Shown piece by piece: positions 1-8,626 of a DNA stretch of 64,000 nt. The DNA is from a virus (Duplodnaviria; Heunggongvirae; Uroviricota; Caudoviricetes), in the IMG/VR virus record IMGVR_UViG_3300014205_000176; one strand, written 5' to 3'. The position numbers and the translations under genes are program-made. Position 1 is the first letter of the stretch. Each line of letters starts with the position of its first letter. A model generated the notes under the pieces. It saw only the letters and a list, made by a program, of their open reading frames with translations. It did no database searches and was not told where the DNA came from.

Positions 1-178
1 AAAGAAGTGCGAGAGATGTGTGATAGGATCAAGAAAACCGCGATATGAATATGGGCTTTCTATATATTGCAAACCAGCTATCAAAAAAGGATCCTTCATT
101 CCATCCAATGACTCCAAGGGAACTGATTGGAATTTTGGTGGTGGCTTTCATAATTCTCTTTTTAGTGTGGCTATTGTA

Positions 179-277
179 ATGTCTAATTTATGGATTGATG
201 ATGAGCGCAATCCGCCTGATGGTTGGATATGGGTAAAGACTGCGCTTGACGCTATAAAGGCAATTAGGACATGTTAG
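179..277 (+). pseudogene. N-terminal half of a cyclic-phosphate-processing receiver-domain protein, cut by an inversion
   Basis: MSNLWIDDERNPPDGWIWVKTALDAIKAIRTC matches the N-terminus of this family (LWxDDxRxxPxGWxWVKT); it stops at 277 and its continuation lies on the - strand. Confidence 0.75.
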
Positions 278-504
278 CGAGGAGTGATGAGTGTAAAAGA
301 AATGGTTGGAGGCGAGCTTCTTTATTGATGCTATCGATGGCTTGTTGCATTCGCTGGCGGCCTACGGGATTCGCCGAATGGATCAACATCTTTGGACATC
401 GGTACTTTGCGAAACACTTCAGCTTCCAAGTACAACAGCACCTCATAACCAGTGCCACCATCCTCCCCTAGATCATGATCGAAGGAGATTGTGTCGAACT
501 GAAC
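264..504 (-). pseudogene. C-terminal half of the same receiver-domain protein (inverted, frameshifted)
   Basis: - strand from 504 reads VQFDTISFDHDLGEDGGTGYEVLLYLEAEVFRK, then in a shifted frame YRCPKMLIHSANPVGRQRMQQAIDSI; these are the DHDLG and IHSANPVG family motifs. Confidence 0.75.
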
Positions 505-572
505 ACAATTACTCCAAGACATCTCCCAGGTTCGGCGAAAGAACAATATGTAATTGAACGCATGACAAACTC

Positions 573-899
573 CTATCGAATAGGATCTTTGGCTCGGCGA
601 ACTTCAGGCTTTGGCCCACCCGTTTCCTGCTTCTTGATCTGAACGCCCTTCCCCACCACCTCCAGCTGCTCAACATCAAATGCCTGAGCATCTTTCGGTG
701 CGCCTTCCTTAGTCATGGTCTGAGGTTGTAACGTGAAACGAATACACCCGCTCAACCAATCGGTCTTCGCAACCGCAATTCCCTCAAAGCCAGTGACGAT
801 ATCTCGACACAGAACGCCAAGCTTAACCTCCCTCCCCATAACCTTGTCCACGGCTCGGCGAACAGCACTCTTCTTCACAGTCTTCTTTGCAGTTGTCAT
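573..899 (-). CDS. conserved phage hypothetical protein
   Basis: 108 aa; the pattern KLGxxxRDIVTGFEGIAVAKTDWLSGCIRFTLQP is typical of phage hypotheticals; tightly packed in the - block. Confidence 0.75.
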   Translation of the reverse strand: MTTAKKTVKKSAVRRAVDKVMGREVKLGVLCRDIVTGFEGIAVAKTDWLSGCIRFTLQPQTMTKEGAPKDAQAFDVEQLEVVGKGVQIKKQETGGPKPEVRRAKDPIR

Positions 900-908
900 A
901 TCAATCTC

Positions 909-1586
909 CTATCTAGCAACCCAACCTTCGCGCGAATCCAAAACCCATTCAGTTGGTTTTTGATAATCCGCCACGATACTCCACTCATCAACGTCAGCTG
1001 CGATCTCTCGTGCCTTCGTTCGAATCTCATCCCCACTCCACGCAAGCGCTTCATGGTTCCCGCCCGCCAAGTTCTTCACGAAACGGTACGGAGAAAGCCT
1101 GGATGGTACACCCGATGCCGCCAACACTGCAACTAAGATGTGCGTGTCGTAGACTTGAGAACGAATGCGCTCGGCCTCTGCAGGATCCTCGTCAATGTCA
1201 GGATCTGCCAAATACGCATCCCGAGTGTATACCACCACATGACAATTAGTCACAGGCTCGGCAAACTCACGCTTCAGATACGCATGAACCTTACCTCTAT
1301 ATGAGCACAATACGTAATCATTAGGGTTATTTCGATTGCGCCCCATCCCACCAGACACAAACGGGACGGCTTTTGGCACATGAATTAATGCTTGTCCAGG
1401 AATACGCTCTGCTCCAAAGTCATGACCCAACATTGCTAGTGTTACGCAGTCCATGAACCGGCCAGCATTTACGACTTTGGTTCCAATCGTAACCCGATCA
1501 AATGCAGTTACAATTGTACTGATAGCTACGCACAGGCGCACTTTACCAGTGTCAAGGTCGTAGCTAATTTTCTTTACATCGACCAT
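909..1586 (-). CDS. phage hypothetical protein
   Basis: 225 aa ORF on the dominant strand, tightly packed. Confidence 0.75.
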   Translation of the reverse strand: MVDVKKISYDLDTGKVRLCVAISTIVTAFDRVTIGTKVVNAGRFMDCVTLAMLGHDFGAERIPGQALIHVPKAVPFVSGGMGRNRNNPNDYVLCSYRGKVHAYLKREFAEPVTNCHVVVYTRDAYLADPDIDEDPAEAERIRSQVYDTHILVAVLAASGVPSRLSPYRFVKNLAGGNHEALAWSGDEIRTKAREIAADVDEWSIVADYQKPTEWVLDSREGWVAR

Positions 1587-1738
1587 ACTGAGTTCCTCGA
1601 ATGTTCAAGTTCACAATCATCAACTATAATCACATGGTCAATTCCAGGATCGCTCTCCGCCAAGGAAACCAACTTCCTTAGCATAGCAATTTCCTTGACC
1701 TTCCTAATATAAACTGGAACTATAAGGACATTCATCAT
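1574..1738 (-). pseudogene. N-terminal fragment of a GT2-type glycosyltransferase
   Basis: MMNVLIVPVYIRKVKEIAMLRKLVSLAESDPGIDHVIIVDDC resembles the GT-A start (IVPVY...VIIVDD) but ends after 54 aa. Confidence 0.55.
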
Positions 1739-2154
1739 CGCTCCATGTCAGATAGAGCTATATCAATAGCCCCAGTTGACAACCATACCTCGTACAGAGA
1801 TATGAGTAATGAAACTATCAAGCTGCCAATACTTGCCCCAAAGATAATCCGCCCAGCAATATTCCACTCAAGAAACATTGACAGCATCGATATACTACAA
1901 AGGATGAATGCAATCACGCCAAACAATTGCATCGTCTTCATCAAATGAAGTCTTCTGCGCAAACTGTCTATCTGACGATTGTTGATTGAATGATCGCTAG
2001 GACAGGTAGTTTCCCCAAAACGTACCCCAAGCTCTACCTTGCGAAGATTACGGATCAGATTCGCCAACGCCAAGAAGCGCTGAGTGTACGCCAGGAACAG
2101 CAAAGAGATTGCCGGGAAGAGCATCGCTGGAGTGGTGAGAGCTACTGTGTTCAT
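1735..2154 (-). CDS. DUF2721-like membrane protein
   Basis: TPAMLFPAISLLFLAYTQRFLALANLIRNL ... SLxEVWLSTGAIDI is the DUF2721 pattern; three hydrophobic segments. Confidence 0.75.
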   Translation of the reverse strand: MNTVALTTPAMLFPAISLLFLAYTQRFLALANLIRNLRKVELGVRFGETTCPSDHSINNRQIDSLRRRLHLMKTMQLFGVIAFILCSISMLSMFLEWNIAGRIIFGASIGSLIVSLLISLYEVWLSTGAIDIALSDMER

Positions 2155-2236
2155 AACCAACGATCTAGAATGATAAGTAAAATTCCCAGCATCAACCAAA
2201 TCCAAGATTTAGTGATTGGTGTATGGATTTCGTAGC

Positions 2237-2797
2237 TCATTGTAGAATCAGTTCAACAAGTGCCCTAGACGCCTCTAGCAATGGTGCTCGTGCCTTATCA
2301 CCAATCTTCACAATTGGATTGCACCCATTCTCTTGTGTTCGGTTATCAAATGCCGTCCACAAAATCTCGTCATTGTCACCATACACTCCAGGAGTTAGCC
2401 AACCAACCTTCTTGCCGTTCAGGTGGAGAGCTGGAAGGCCGATGCCAAGAAAATCGCCGGCAACCCAGGACAAGCCGCTGCCTTCCGGCAATGCGCACAG
2501 CTCTTCTGGAGGAGACGGCGGAGCTTCGGGCACAGGCCCTTTATCGGCCGGTGGAGTCCCGCGCCAAGTAGCCAACTTCTCCATATCGGTATGAGTGACT
2601 TGCTCGGTTTCCAAGGCGGCATCATACAACTTTTGGAGCAATGTGACTACCAAACCCGATGCCAACGATCCGTGAATGCACCAATCCAAGACCTCCAGGA
2701 TCTCGATAGCCTTCGCTGGAGATGACCACTTCTCAATCAGCGGCTTCATAGACGCATCAAGTTGACTATCTGGTGCTTGTAGAAGTATCTCTTTCAT
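2237..2797 (-). CDS. hypothetical protein
   Basis: 186 aa ORF on the dominant strand. Confidence 0.7.
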   Translation of the reverse strand: MKEILLQAPDSQLDASMKPLIEKWSSPAKAIEILEVLDWCIHGSLASGLVVTLLQKLYDAALETEQVTHTDMEKLATWRGTPPADKGPVPEAPPSPPEELCALPEGSGLSWVAGDFLGIGLPALHLNGKKVGWLTPGVYGDNDEILWTAFDNRTQENGCNPIVKIGDKARAPLLEASRALVELILQ

Positions 2798-3099
2798 TTA
2801 GGATCCTTTTTCTGCTTCTCCCTAGCGTCACCATCGTCTTTGAGCATCTTCCAGCAAACGGCACATACCTTATCGTTGCTAGGTCTGCCGCAAAAATCAC
2901 ATTGATATTTCATTACCATACCTTTATTAGTGTCTGATCCAAACCCGCACCACTCCCATCAGTCTTAACATCCGTCGGCGGCCTTCTGGGAAATGGAACG
3001 AACCTAATCGTCCAATGCCCGTCCTTCTGCACACGCTCGCTAGGAGGCCATCTACCAGGACAGTACTGAACCGCATCGTGCCGAAATGAAATGTTGGTA

Positions 3100-3351
3100 T
3101 TAGTATTCATTCTTCTTTGGTAAATCATTAGGTGCTAAATCAACCTCTGACCACTTACCAACCCCTATATTATCCAATCGACCTTGAATGTACTTCACTA
3201 CTCGGGCCTTGGCATCCTCTTCAGAATCACCAAGCATTCGTATTGGGGCGTGACTAACCCAAGGCGGTACGAAGCAGATCGCCTCATGAGTATGACCAGT
3301 AGCGATAGCTTGCATCTGGTCAATGCTATTGGTGAGTATTTGGAACTTCAT
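3100..3351 (-). CDS. hypothetical protein
   Basis: 83 aa, packed 2 nt from the neighbouring gene. Confidence 0.65.
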   Translation of the reverse strand: MKFQILTNSIDQMQAIATGHTHEAICFVPPWVSHAPIRMLGDSEEDAKARVVKYIQGRLDNIGVGKWSEVDLAPNDLPKKNEY

Positions 3352-3353
3352 GA

Positions 3354-3869
3354 CTACTTAGTCCCGTGGATCTTTTCAATTAGATCAAGGACTGCGTAAT
3401 ACTCTGGTGAAATTAGGTATGTTATACCCCAGTACAAAAACAATGGAGTTAGGACAGTTGTGGCCAAACCAAAAACTACACAAAAGGCCCAACCCCAACC
3501 TTGTGCGGTCTCATCTTTTGATGCCCACAACCGAGGCACAATGAAGTACTTGTACCAAATCCAGAATATACAAGGAACCATTATAGCCCCGAGTATGTAG
3601 AAGGCTCCCTCGGCTCTCTTTTGCCGAATCATGCACTCCCAGGCGTATAGACTGACCTTTCTAAGTTCAGCCGCCATTTGAGGAGCTATCTGATCTATGC
3701 GAGATATTACTGTTGAAGCGAACTTCTCGGCATCAGTTACCAGATTTCCAAGACCATCAGATATCTTATCAAGAGCCTTGTCAGCGACTCCAGCAAAAGT
3801 AACTTGAGCACTTGAAGCAGTAGAAGCCGCGCTTGAGGCAGCCGAATCTGCAGTAGATGGATCTGCCAT
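3354..3869 (-). CDS. membrane protein
   Basis: 171 aa; Ala/Ser-rich N-terminus and two hydrophobic helices. Confidence 0.7.
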   Translation of the reverse strand: MADPSTADSAASSAASTASSAQVTFAGVADKALDKISDGLGNLVTDAEKFASTVISRIDQIAPQMAAELRKVSLYAWECMIRQKRAEGAFYILGAIMVPCIFWIWYKYFIVPRLWASKDETAQGWGWAFCVVFGLATTVLTPLFLYWGITYLISPEYYAVLDLIEKIHGTK

Positions 3870-3876
3870 ATATTTC

Positions 3877-4359
3877 CTAACTGTGAATCAATTCCCTATT
3901 CTGTAAGTATATCTCAACCCCTTCGGATACAAAGGAACTAATATCCCCTTTATACCTGAGGACTTCTTTAACCATAGAAGATGACACGAATGAGTTCTCA
4001 GTCTCCGTCACCAAGAACATCGTATCTACCGAAGGTGCAAGCTTCCGATTCACATGAGCCATCGATAACTCAGACTCGAAATCTAAGGTAGCTCGTAACC
4101 CTCGAACCATAATCCCAATATTCATCAACTCACAGATTGATACCAACAATCCGCCAAATACAATAACCTCAACATTTGGTAGGTCTTTGCAAATAGCCAT
4201 CAACAAGAACTTCCGTTCATCTGTGTGAAGAAGTGGGGTCTTTGAACTGTTCGTCCCAATTCCTACATAGAGCTTATCAAAGACCCTTGCCGCTCGATGG
4301 ATAATGTCTTCGTGGCCTTTGGTAGGCGGATCGAAACTTGCAGCAAATATAGCGTTCAT
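3877..4359 (-). CDS. coaD: phosphopantetheine adenylyltransferase
   Basis: SFDPPTKGH (HxGH-type motif), VRGLRATLDFESE, SFVSSSMVKE; 160 aa, the usual CoaD length. Confidence 0.92.
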   Translation of the reverse strand: MNAIFAASFDPPTKGHEDIIHRAARVFDKLYVGIGTNSSKTPLLHTDERKFLLMAICKDLPNVEVIVFGGLLVSICELMNIGIMVRGLRATLDFESELSMAHVNRKLAPSVDTMFLVTETENSFVSSSMVKEVLRYKGDISSFVSEGVEIYLQNRELIHS

Positions 4360-4971
4360 AATTACCTCGTACGCCGGAATCTAATACACGCATAACTGGC
4401 CATTCTAATATGGCTCCACCTACTAAGTATCCTAAGATAACAAAGATCTGTCCAATATGTTCCAATTCATTTGAAACTTTAAAGGGGTATCAGCGAGAGA
4501 AAACATTTTGTAACCGCACATGTCTTGGTAAGTCAAGAATTGTAGATACACCAGAAAAACACATAAGCGGAAAACAAAGAGCAAGAGAGTATCGAAAAAA
4601 CCATCCTGATTTGTATAGAAAATGTAAACAAAAACAGATGAAGAAATTGAAGGAGAACAATCCTGCGCAACTAATATGCATGGAAGTAGGGAAGCGCGCC
4701 CGAAAGCGTGGCATTCCATTTGATCTCAAACCATCAGATATTATTGTTCCTAAGACATGCCCTATACTTGGGATTGATCTGAGCTTTGGGGTAGGTAGAG
4801 TTCATGATGCTTCGCCGTCGCTTGATAGAATCATTCCAGATAAAGGTTACGTCAAAGGTAATTGTTTCGTCATCTCATCTAAGGCTAACAGAATGAAACA
4901 AGAGAACACGCTGGAGACGTTGGAGAAGATTGTGTTGTACATTAAGGATAGACTGCCAGCATAGCGTTCAT
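4349..4971 (+). mobile_element. HNH endonuclease cassette flanked by 11-bp direct repeats
   Basis: ATAGCGTTCAT occurs at 4349-4359 and 4961-4971; the enclosed ORF is antisense to all neighbours. Confidence 0.7.
4410..4964 (+). CDS. HNH/His-Me-finger homing endonuclease with N-terminal Zn finger
   Basis: CPIC...FCNRTC, ARKRGIPFDL, CPILG, SPSLDRIIPDKGYVKGNCFVISSKANRMK. Confidence 0.85.
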   Translation: MAPPTKYPKITKICPICSNSFETLKGYQREKTFCNRTCLGKSRIVDTPEKHISGKQRAREYRKNHPDLYRKCKQKQMKKLKENNPAQLICMEVGKRARKRGIPFDLKPSDIIVPKTCPILGIDLSFGVGRVHDASPSLDRIIPDKGYVKGNCFVISSKANRMKQENTLETLEKIVLYIKDRLPA

Positions 4972-5147
4972 TACCAACTCCATCCAGACTTTACTTCAAA
5001 CGGGGCTTCTTTCCTGAGCTTCCAAGCTATCAATTTAACCAATGATTTCTTGCTCATAGTATCCAGATCTTTGCGCAGACCTAAATACTTAGCAAAACGA
5101 ATCAATGATAAGATATCCGATTCTCTCAGTTGATCTTTATTGACCAC
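4971..5147 (-). CDS. small hypothetical protein (58 aa)
   Basis: GTG-start ORF VVNKDQLRESDILSLIRFAKYLG...SGWSW read manually; it fills the gap in the - block. Confidence 0.55.
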   Translation of the reverse strand: MVNKDQLRESDILSLIRFAKYLGLRKDLDTMSKKSLVKLIAWKLRKEAPFEVKSGWSW

Positions 5148-5153
5148 GCAAAC

Positions 5154-5402
5154 TCATTCAGGGTTCAAATGTTCCTCGATCAAAATCAGAAGCTCTCGCG
5201 TGAAAGAACCAGGAATGAATGAGTGTATCGATTCCGCAGACTCCCCGCCCTCAAACCACACATCGAGAACACCTTCACGATCAATTTCAAGCTTGGAAAT
5301 TGATCGCAGAATTTCGATCACCTTCTCAGGCGAGTGACGATCTGGGGGCGGTGCGCTATCGGTCATATCAGTCCCTGTCCCACTCAGCTTTTGGAGTGGC
5401 AT
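5154..5402 (-). CDS. hypothetical protein
   Basis: ORF on the dominant strand. Confidence 0.6.
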   Translation of the reverse strand: MPLQKLSGTGTDMTDSAPPPDRHSPEKVIEILRSISKLEIDREGVLDVWFEGGESAESIHSFIPGSFTRELLILIEEHLNPE

Positions 5403-5562
5403 TTGTATAAGACTCGATAATGGTGTAGTAGACCGTAGACATCAAGTCAGGTTGAATTGCATTCTTCACAACATTCTCCGCCTTCTCGCGCGTCGAACGT
5501 GTAGCAACAACAGACCACTCATCTTGCATCTCAATCTTAACTACCTGGAATACTTTGATCAT
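5368..5562 (-). CDS. hypothetical protein
   Basis: 64 aa; its start overlaps the upstream stop codon. Confidence 0.6.
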   Translation of the reverse strand: MIKVFQVVKIEMQDEWSVVATRSTREKAENVVKNAIQPDLMSTVYYTIIESYTNATPKAEWDRD

Positions 5563-6131
5563 GGATACAAACTCCTAACTTCCGAACTGATTGCTTCAAC
5601 CATCTCTACACTAAGTCCGTACTTCTCAGCGATCTTGGCAATGCCATCATTCACATGTTTGCTGAACGCTTCACCTTTAGCCCGTACATCGGCAATGTGC
5701 TCATCGTGCTTTCTCTTAGCATCAATCCAGCACTGCCCACGTTCTGGTTCTAAACAATCAATCGGTACAGCCCCACAACCTCCTAGAAAGCTGTCCAAAT
5801 GCAATGTCTGAATTTGGGCGTATGGAACATCTCCCTCTACAATCTCATCTATGAAGCCAACCTCACCAACAAGATGTACGTGTTGATTCGGAGGTTGCTT
5901 TACGACCTTCACCAAATCCCCCGCGGAAAACTTCACAGTTTCCTTCGGTATCATTTCCTCCAAATCCTTCTCCTTGAACTCCTTGAATGGAACCTCTCCA
6001 TCAGCTACCATCTCGTATACATGACCAACTGGAAATGCAATTGATAGATGTGGACCAGGATACACCAGATGAACCATACTATCATCGGTTAGATTGCGAA
6101 TGTATCCTATAGCTTTTGGTTTAGTAGACAT
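5559..6131 (-). CDS. hypothetical protein
   Basis: Likely ATG at 6131, overlapping the upstream stop codon. Confidence 0.65.
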   Translation of the reverse strand: MSTKPKAIGYIRNLTDDSMVHLVYPGPHLSIAFPVGHVYEMVADGEVPFKEFKEKDLEEMIPKETVKFSAGDLVKVVKQPPNQHVHLVGEVGFIDEIVEGDVPYAQIQTLHLDSFLGGCGAVPIDCLEPERGQCWIDAKRKHDEHIADVRAKGEAFSKHVNDGIAKIAEKYGLSVEMVEAISSEVRSLYP

Positions 6132-6376
6132 TAATACCAATCCTTCTTGAGACATGTGAAACAAGAAGTCCCCGCACAACAAACCTTCAATCCACACCCG
6201 GTAATGAAGAAGGTAAACCCATCTTCGCTCCTGGACGTCATCGTCACTTGCGCCGTTGGACAGTCTATCAAGTACCTACTCCACTTGGTTAGATGATCCT
6301 TCTGCGCTGCCATTTGTTGATCGGGCGTCAATTGCTGGCACCCAAACAACATCAACCCAATCAACAAATGTTTCAT
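6131..6376 (-). CDS. Cys-rich putative lipoprotein
   Basis: MKHLLIGLMLFGC is a lipobox-like signal; several Cys follow. Confidence 0.65.
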   Translation of the reverse strand: MKHLLIGLMLFGCQQLTPDQQMAAQKDHLTKWSRYLIDCPTAQVTMTSRSEDGFTFFITGCGLKVCCAGTSCFTCLKKDWY

Positions 6377-6378
6377 AA

Positions 6379-6591
6379 CTACCTCTGACCAAAGCTTCGA
6401 GTGTCAATCGCAATAATGATGCCTTCTGGTACGTGCTTCAACATCACGTTCAACTTGTGATCGTCAAATAGCTTGCGCGCTATTCCTAAAGCATCATCAA
6501 GAGTTCCTTCGAATGGCTTGTTGTGCATGTACTCCCACTCAGTTCCCTGAAGGCCGCCACACCCACACCAATCATAGATAGTTATTTGCAT
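6379..6591 (-). CDS. hypothetical protein
   Basis: Likely ATG at 6591. Confidence 0.6.
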   Translation of the reverse strand: MQITIYDWCGCGGLQGTEWEYMHNKPFEGTLDDALGIARKLFDDHKLNVMLKHVPEGIIIAIDTRSFGQR

Positions 6592-6720
6592 ATCGCTCAC
6601 AAAAATTTTGCCATAATAGACACACAAACAAAAATCCAAAAGATGATTAGAAATACCTTTTGCCGCTTCTCTTCTCTGTAAGCCTTTAGAATTCTGGCAT
6701 CTATCTCTTCATTTGTCATC

Positions 6721-7387
6721 TTACCACTCCCCTCTAGACCACTTCGAGAGTTTCCATACCTTGCCAGTTCGATGGTCAGTTACCCGATCATCCTGTGCTC
6801 GATATGTCCGAACCTTGTCTCCGCGCATTCCACTGCCAACCTGATCGCGCCGAGCCTTGTCCTGAGTGTTCTTGCTCATCTCTAAATTCTCAGAGTATAT
6901 CTTCGCCGTCAATATTCGAACAGCCATCGAACGACTCTGGAATTGAGAACGCATATCCACACGGACAGTTACCCCAGTTGGAATGTGAGTTGCCGTTATG
7001 CATGACTCGGTCTTGTTCCGATGTTGCCCTCCAGGCCCCGAACCGCGAGATGGCTTGATCTCTATGTCCGATTCTGGAACACTAAAACTTCTTGGGACAT
7101 CAGGATTCATCACCGCAACTGTTATCGTGGAGGTTTGCACTCGTCCACGCTTCTCTGTTGGTGGTATTCGCTGATATCTGTGGCCTCCAGGTTCGTCTTT
7201 GAAAATAGTGCTGACCCTTTTGCCAGTCACTATCATCGACAGATACCCAGGCCGAGAATCTATTACCTCCGCTTCAAAGACACTCCCGCCCAGCTACTCG
7301 CAGGTATGTTCCAGCGTGGTCCTCTACCAACAGCTTCGCATCATCTCCACCTTCTGCCGCCCGTATCTCTATCACTATGCTTTCCAT
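6721..7387 (-). CDS. truncated class-I peptide chain release factor (PxT + GGQ), expressed by +1 programmed frameshift, 221 aa
   Basis: ATG at 7387 with AAGGAG RBS; frame 0 gives MESIVIEIRAAEGGDDAKLL...ECL then TGA; the +1 frame continues EAEVIDSRPG...GGHRYQRIPPTEKRGRVQTST...GSGPGGQHRNKTES...RGDKVRTY. Confidence 0.9.
7273..7290 (-). promoter_or_regulatory. prfB-type +1 ribosomal frameshift signal
   Basis: - strand GGCGGGAG-TGT-CTT-TGA-A: internal SD, 3-nt spacer, CUU Leu codon, UGA; same geometry as E. coli prfB AGGGGG-UAU-CUU-UGA-C. Confidence 0.85.
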
Positions 7388-7537
7388 TTCATTTCTCCTT
7401 CTTTGGTAATATAACCTAAAGACACTCATCCCTACATTCACGTCCTACTCTCTTACATTCCGCATGACAATCATCCCACGTTCGAGACGCAGCCCTGCAA
7501 ATCTTCACCGCAGTATCATATGAAAAAAGAACCAAAC

Positions 7538-7660
7538 TCATGAATTCTTCTTCAAGTAATCATACCCCGCCGCTCCAATCAATGCTCCAATAACACCACG
7601 GAAGCCAAAGATTACCTATGCGAATAATCCAATGATAACGTACTTTGCCAAATTTGCCAT
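7538..7660 (-). pseudogene. small membrane peptide with in-frame TAG
   Basis: MANLAKYVIIGLFA*VIFGFRGVIGALIGAAGYDYLKKNS; TAG at 7618-7616. Confidence 0.5.
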
Positions 7661-7701
7661 ATCCTTAACCTTTATTCCTGATGATCGTCAGAATTCATGA
7701 G

Positions 7702-8148
7702 CTACCTTCTTCCCACCTTAGATAGATGAGATAACGCTTCCACCTCAGCCTCAAAGTCCTCTAATGATAACCTACCGTCGATCAGCTGTTTTTTTATTTC
7801 CTCACAATAGTTCAACTTCTCTCGGTATTTAGCCCTTCTTTTTGGGCCTGGAAGATATCTATACGGAACCTGGTAGGAGGCAAAATATATAAGGAACGCA
7901 CCCACCCCCACAACACTCATTAGCACGGACCACGCCAAATCTTTGATCACCCAGTTGAAAATGGTCAGGCCCACCATTAGAATACAGTAAAATAGGAACA
8001 CAAAACGATCAATGCTGTACCAAAGCCCGATTCGCTTTGAGTAGAAATATACAAGTTCATCTAATTTAACAAGAGGCTTATGCCAATTAACAAGAGGCTT
8101 ATGCCAAGCTAGGTCAGGGGTACTAATGTGTCTTATCTCAGATGTCAT
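7702..8148 (-). CDS. membrane protein with a 7-aa tandem duplication
   Basis: Two TM helices; WHKPLVN-WHKPLVK comes from a 21-bp tandem repeat. Confidence 0.7.
   Translation of the reverse strand: MTSEIRHISTPDLAWHKPLVNWHKPLVKLDELVYFYSKRIGLWYSIDRFVFLFYCILMVGLTIFNWVIKDLAWSVLMSVVGVGAFLIYFASYQVPYRYLPGPKRRAKYREKLNYCEEIKKQLIDGRLSLEDFEAEVEALSHLSKVGRR
8066..8107. repeat. 21-bp perfect tandem duplication
   Basis: TTAACAAGAGGCTTATGCCAA x2. Confidence 0.95.
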
Positions 8149-8197
8149 CTGAACTCCGGGTCTTCACCAATACTTCCATCATAACTTAATCTTCTGT

Positions 8198-8372
8198 TTA
8201 CTTCAACACAAACTTTCGAGGGAACCAATCACATCGCCTTACACCTAGCGATGTGTCCGCAATCTCCGCACGTCTTGCCTTTCGGCAATTGCATGCAAGT
8301 CTCTTCAGTACAGCCTTTGCCATACTTCTTATCAACGCAGCAGCCTAACATACTCAAAATCGACAATACCAT
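8198..8372 (-). pseudogene. Cys-rich phage protein with an internal frameshifting deletion
   Basis: CMQLPKGKTCGDCGHIARCKAM* continues in another frame as CDWFPRKF. Confidence 0.5.
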
Positions 8373-8626
8373 TACGATATAACCCATTTCATAATCTTCA
8401 ACATCACCAATATCACATATGCCTGCCAAAACCCAACCGCCGGCACACTTGGGAACAAATCAATAAAACAGTTGTTCCATAACCACTGTATCGGTAATGC
8501 CAACACCAATCCAAACATAATGGCATTTGCAATCCCCCCAATTACTATAGATAATATCCCAACGATAAATTGGGCTCCCGTCTTAAATGTGCGGTGAATT
8601 ACAGACGGCCGATACTCATTATACAT
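8372..8626 (-). CDS. membrane protein
   Basis: 84 aa, hydrophobic. Confidence 0.7.
   Translation of the reverse strand: MYNEYRPSVIHRTFKTGAQFIVGILSIVIGGIANAIMFGLVLALPIQWLWNNCFIDLFPSVPAVGFWQAYVILVMLKIMKWVIS

Noticed and set aside
1018-1040. GTTCGAATC...CTCCA resembling a tRNA T-loop and 3' end
   Set aside because: The flanking bases do not form a T-stem or acceptor stem, and it lies inside ORF 909-1586. No tRNA was found elsewhere by eye.
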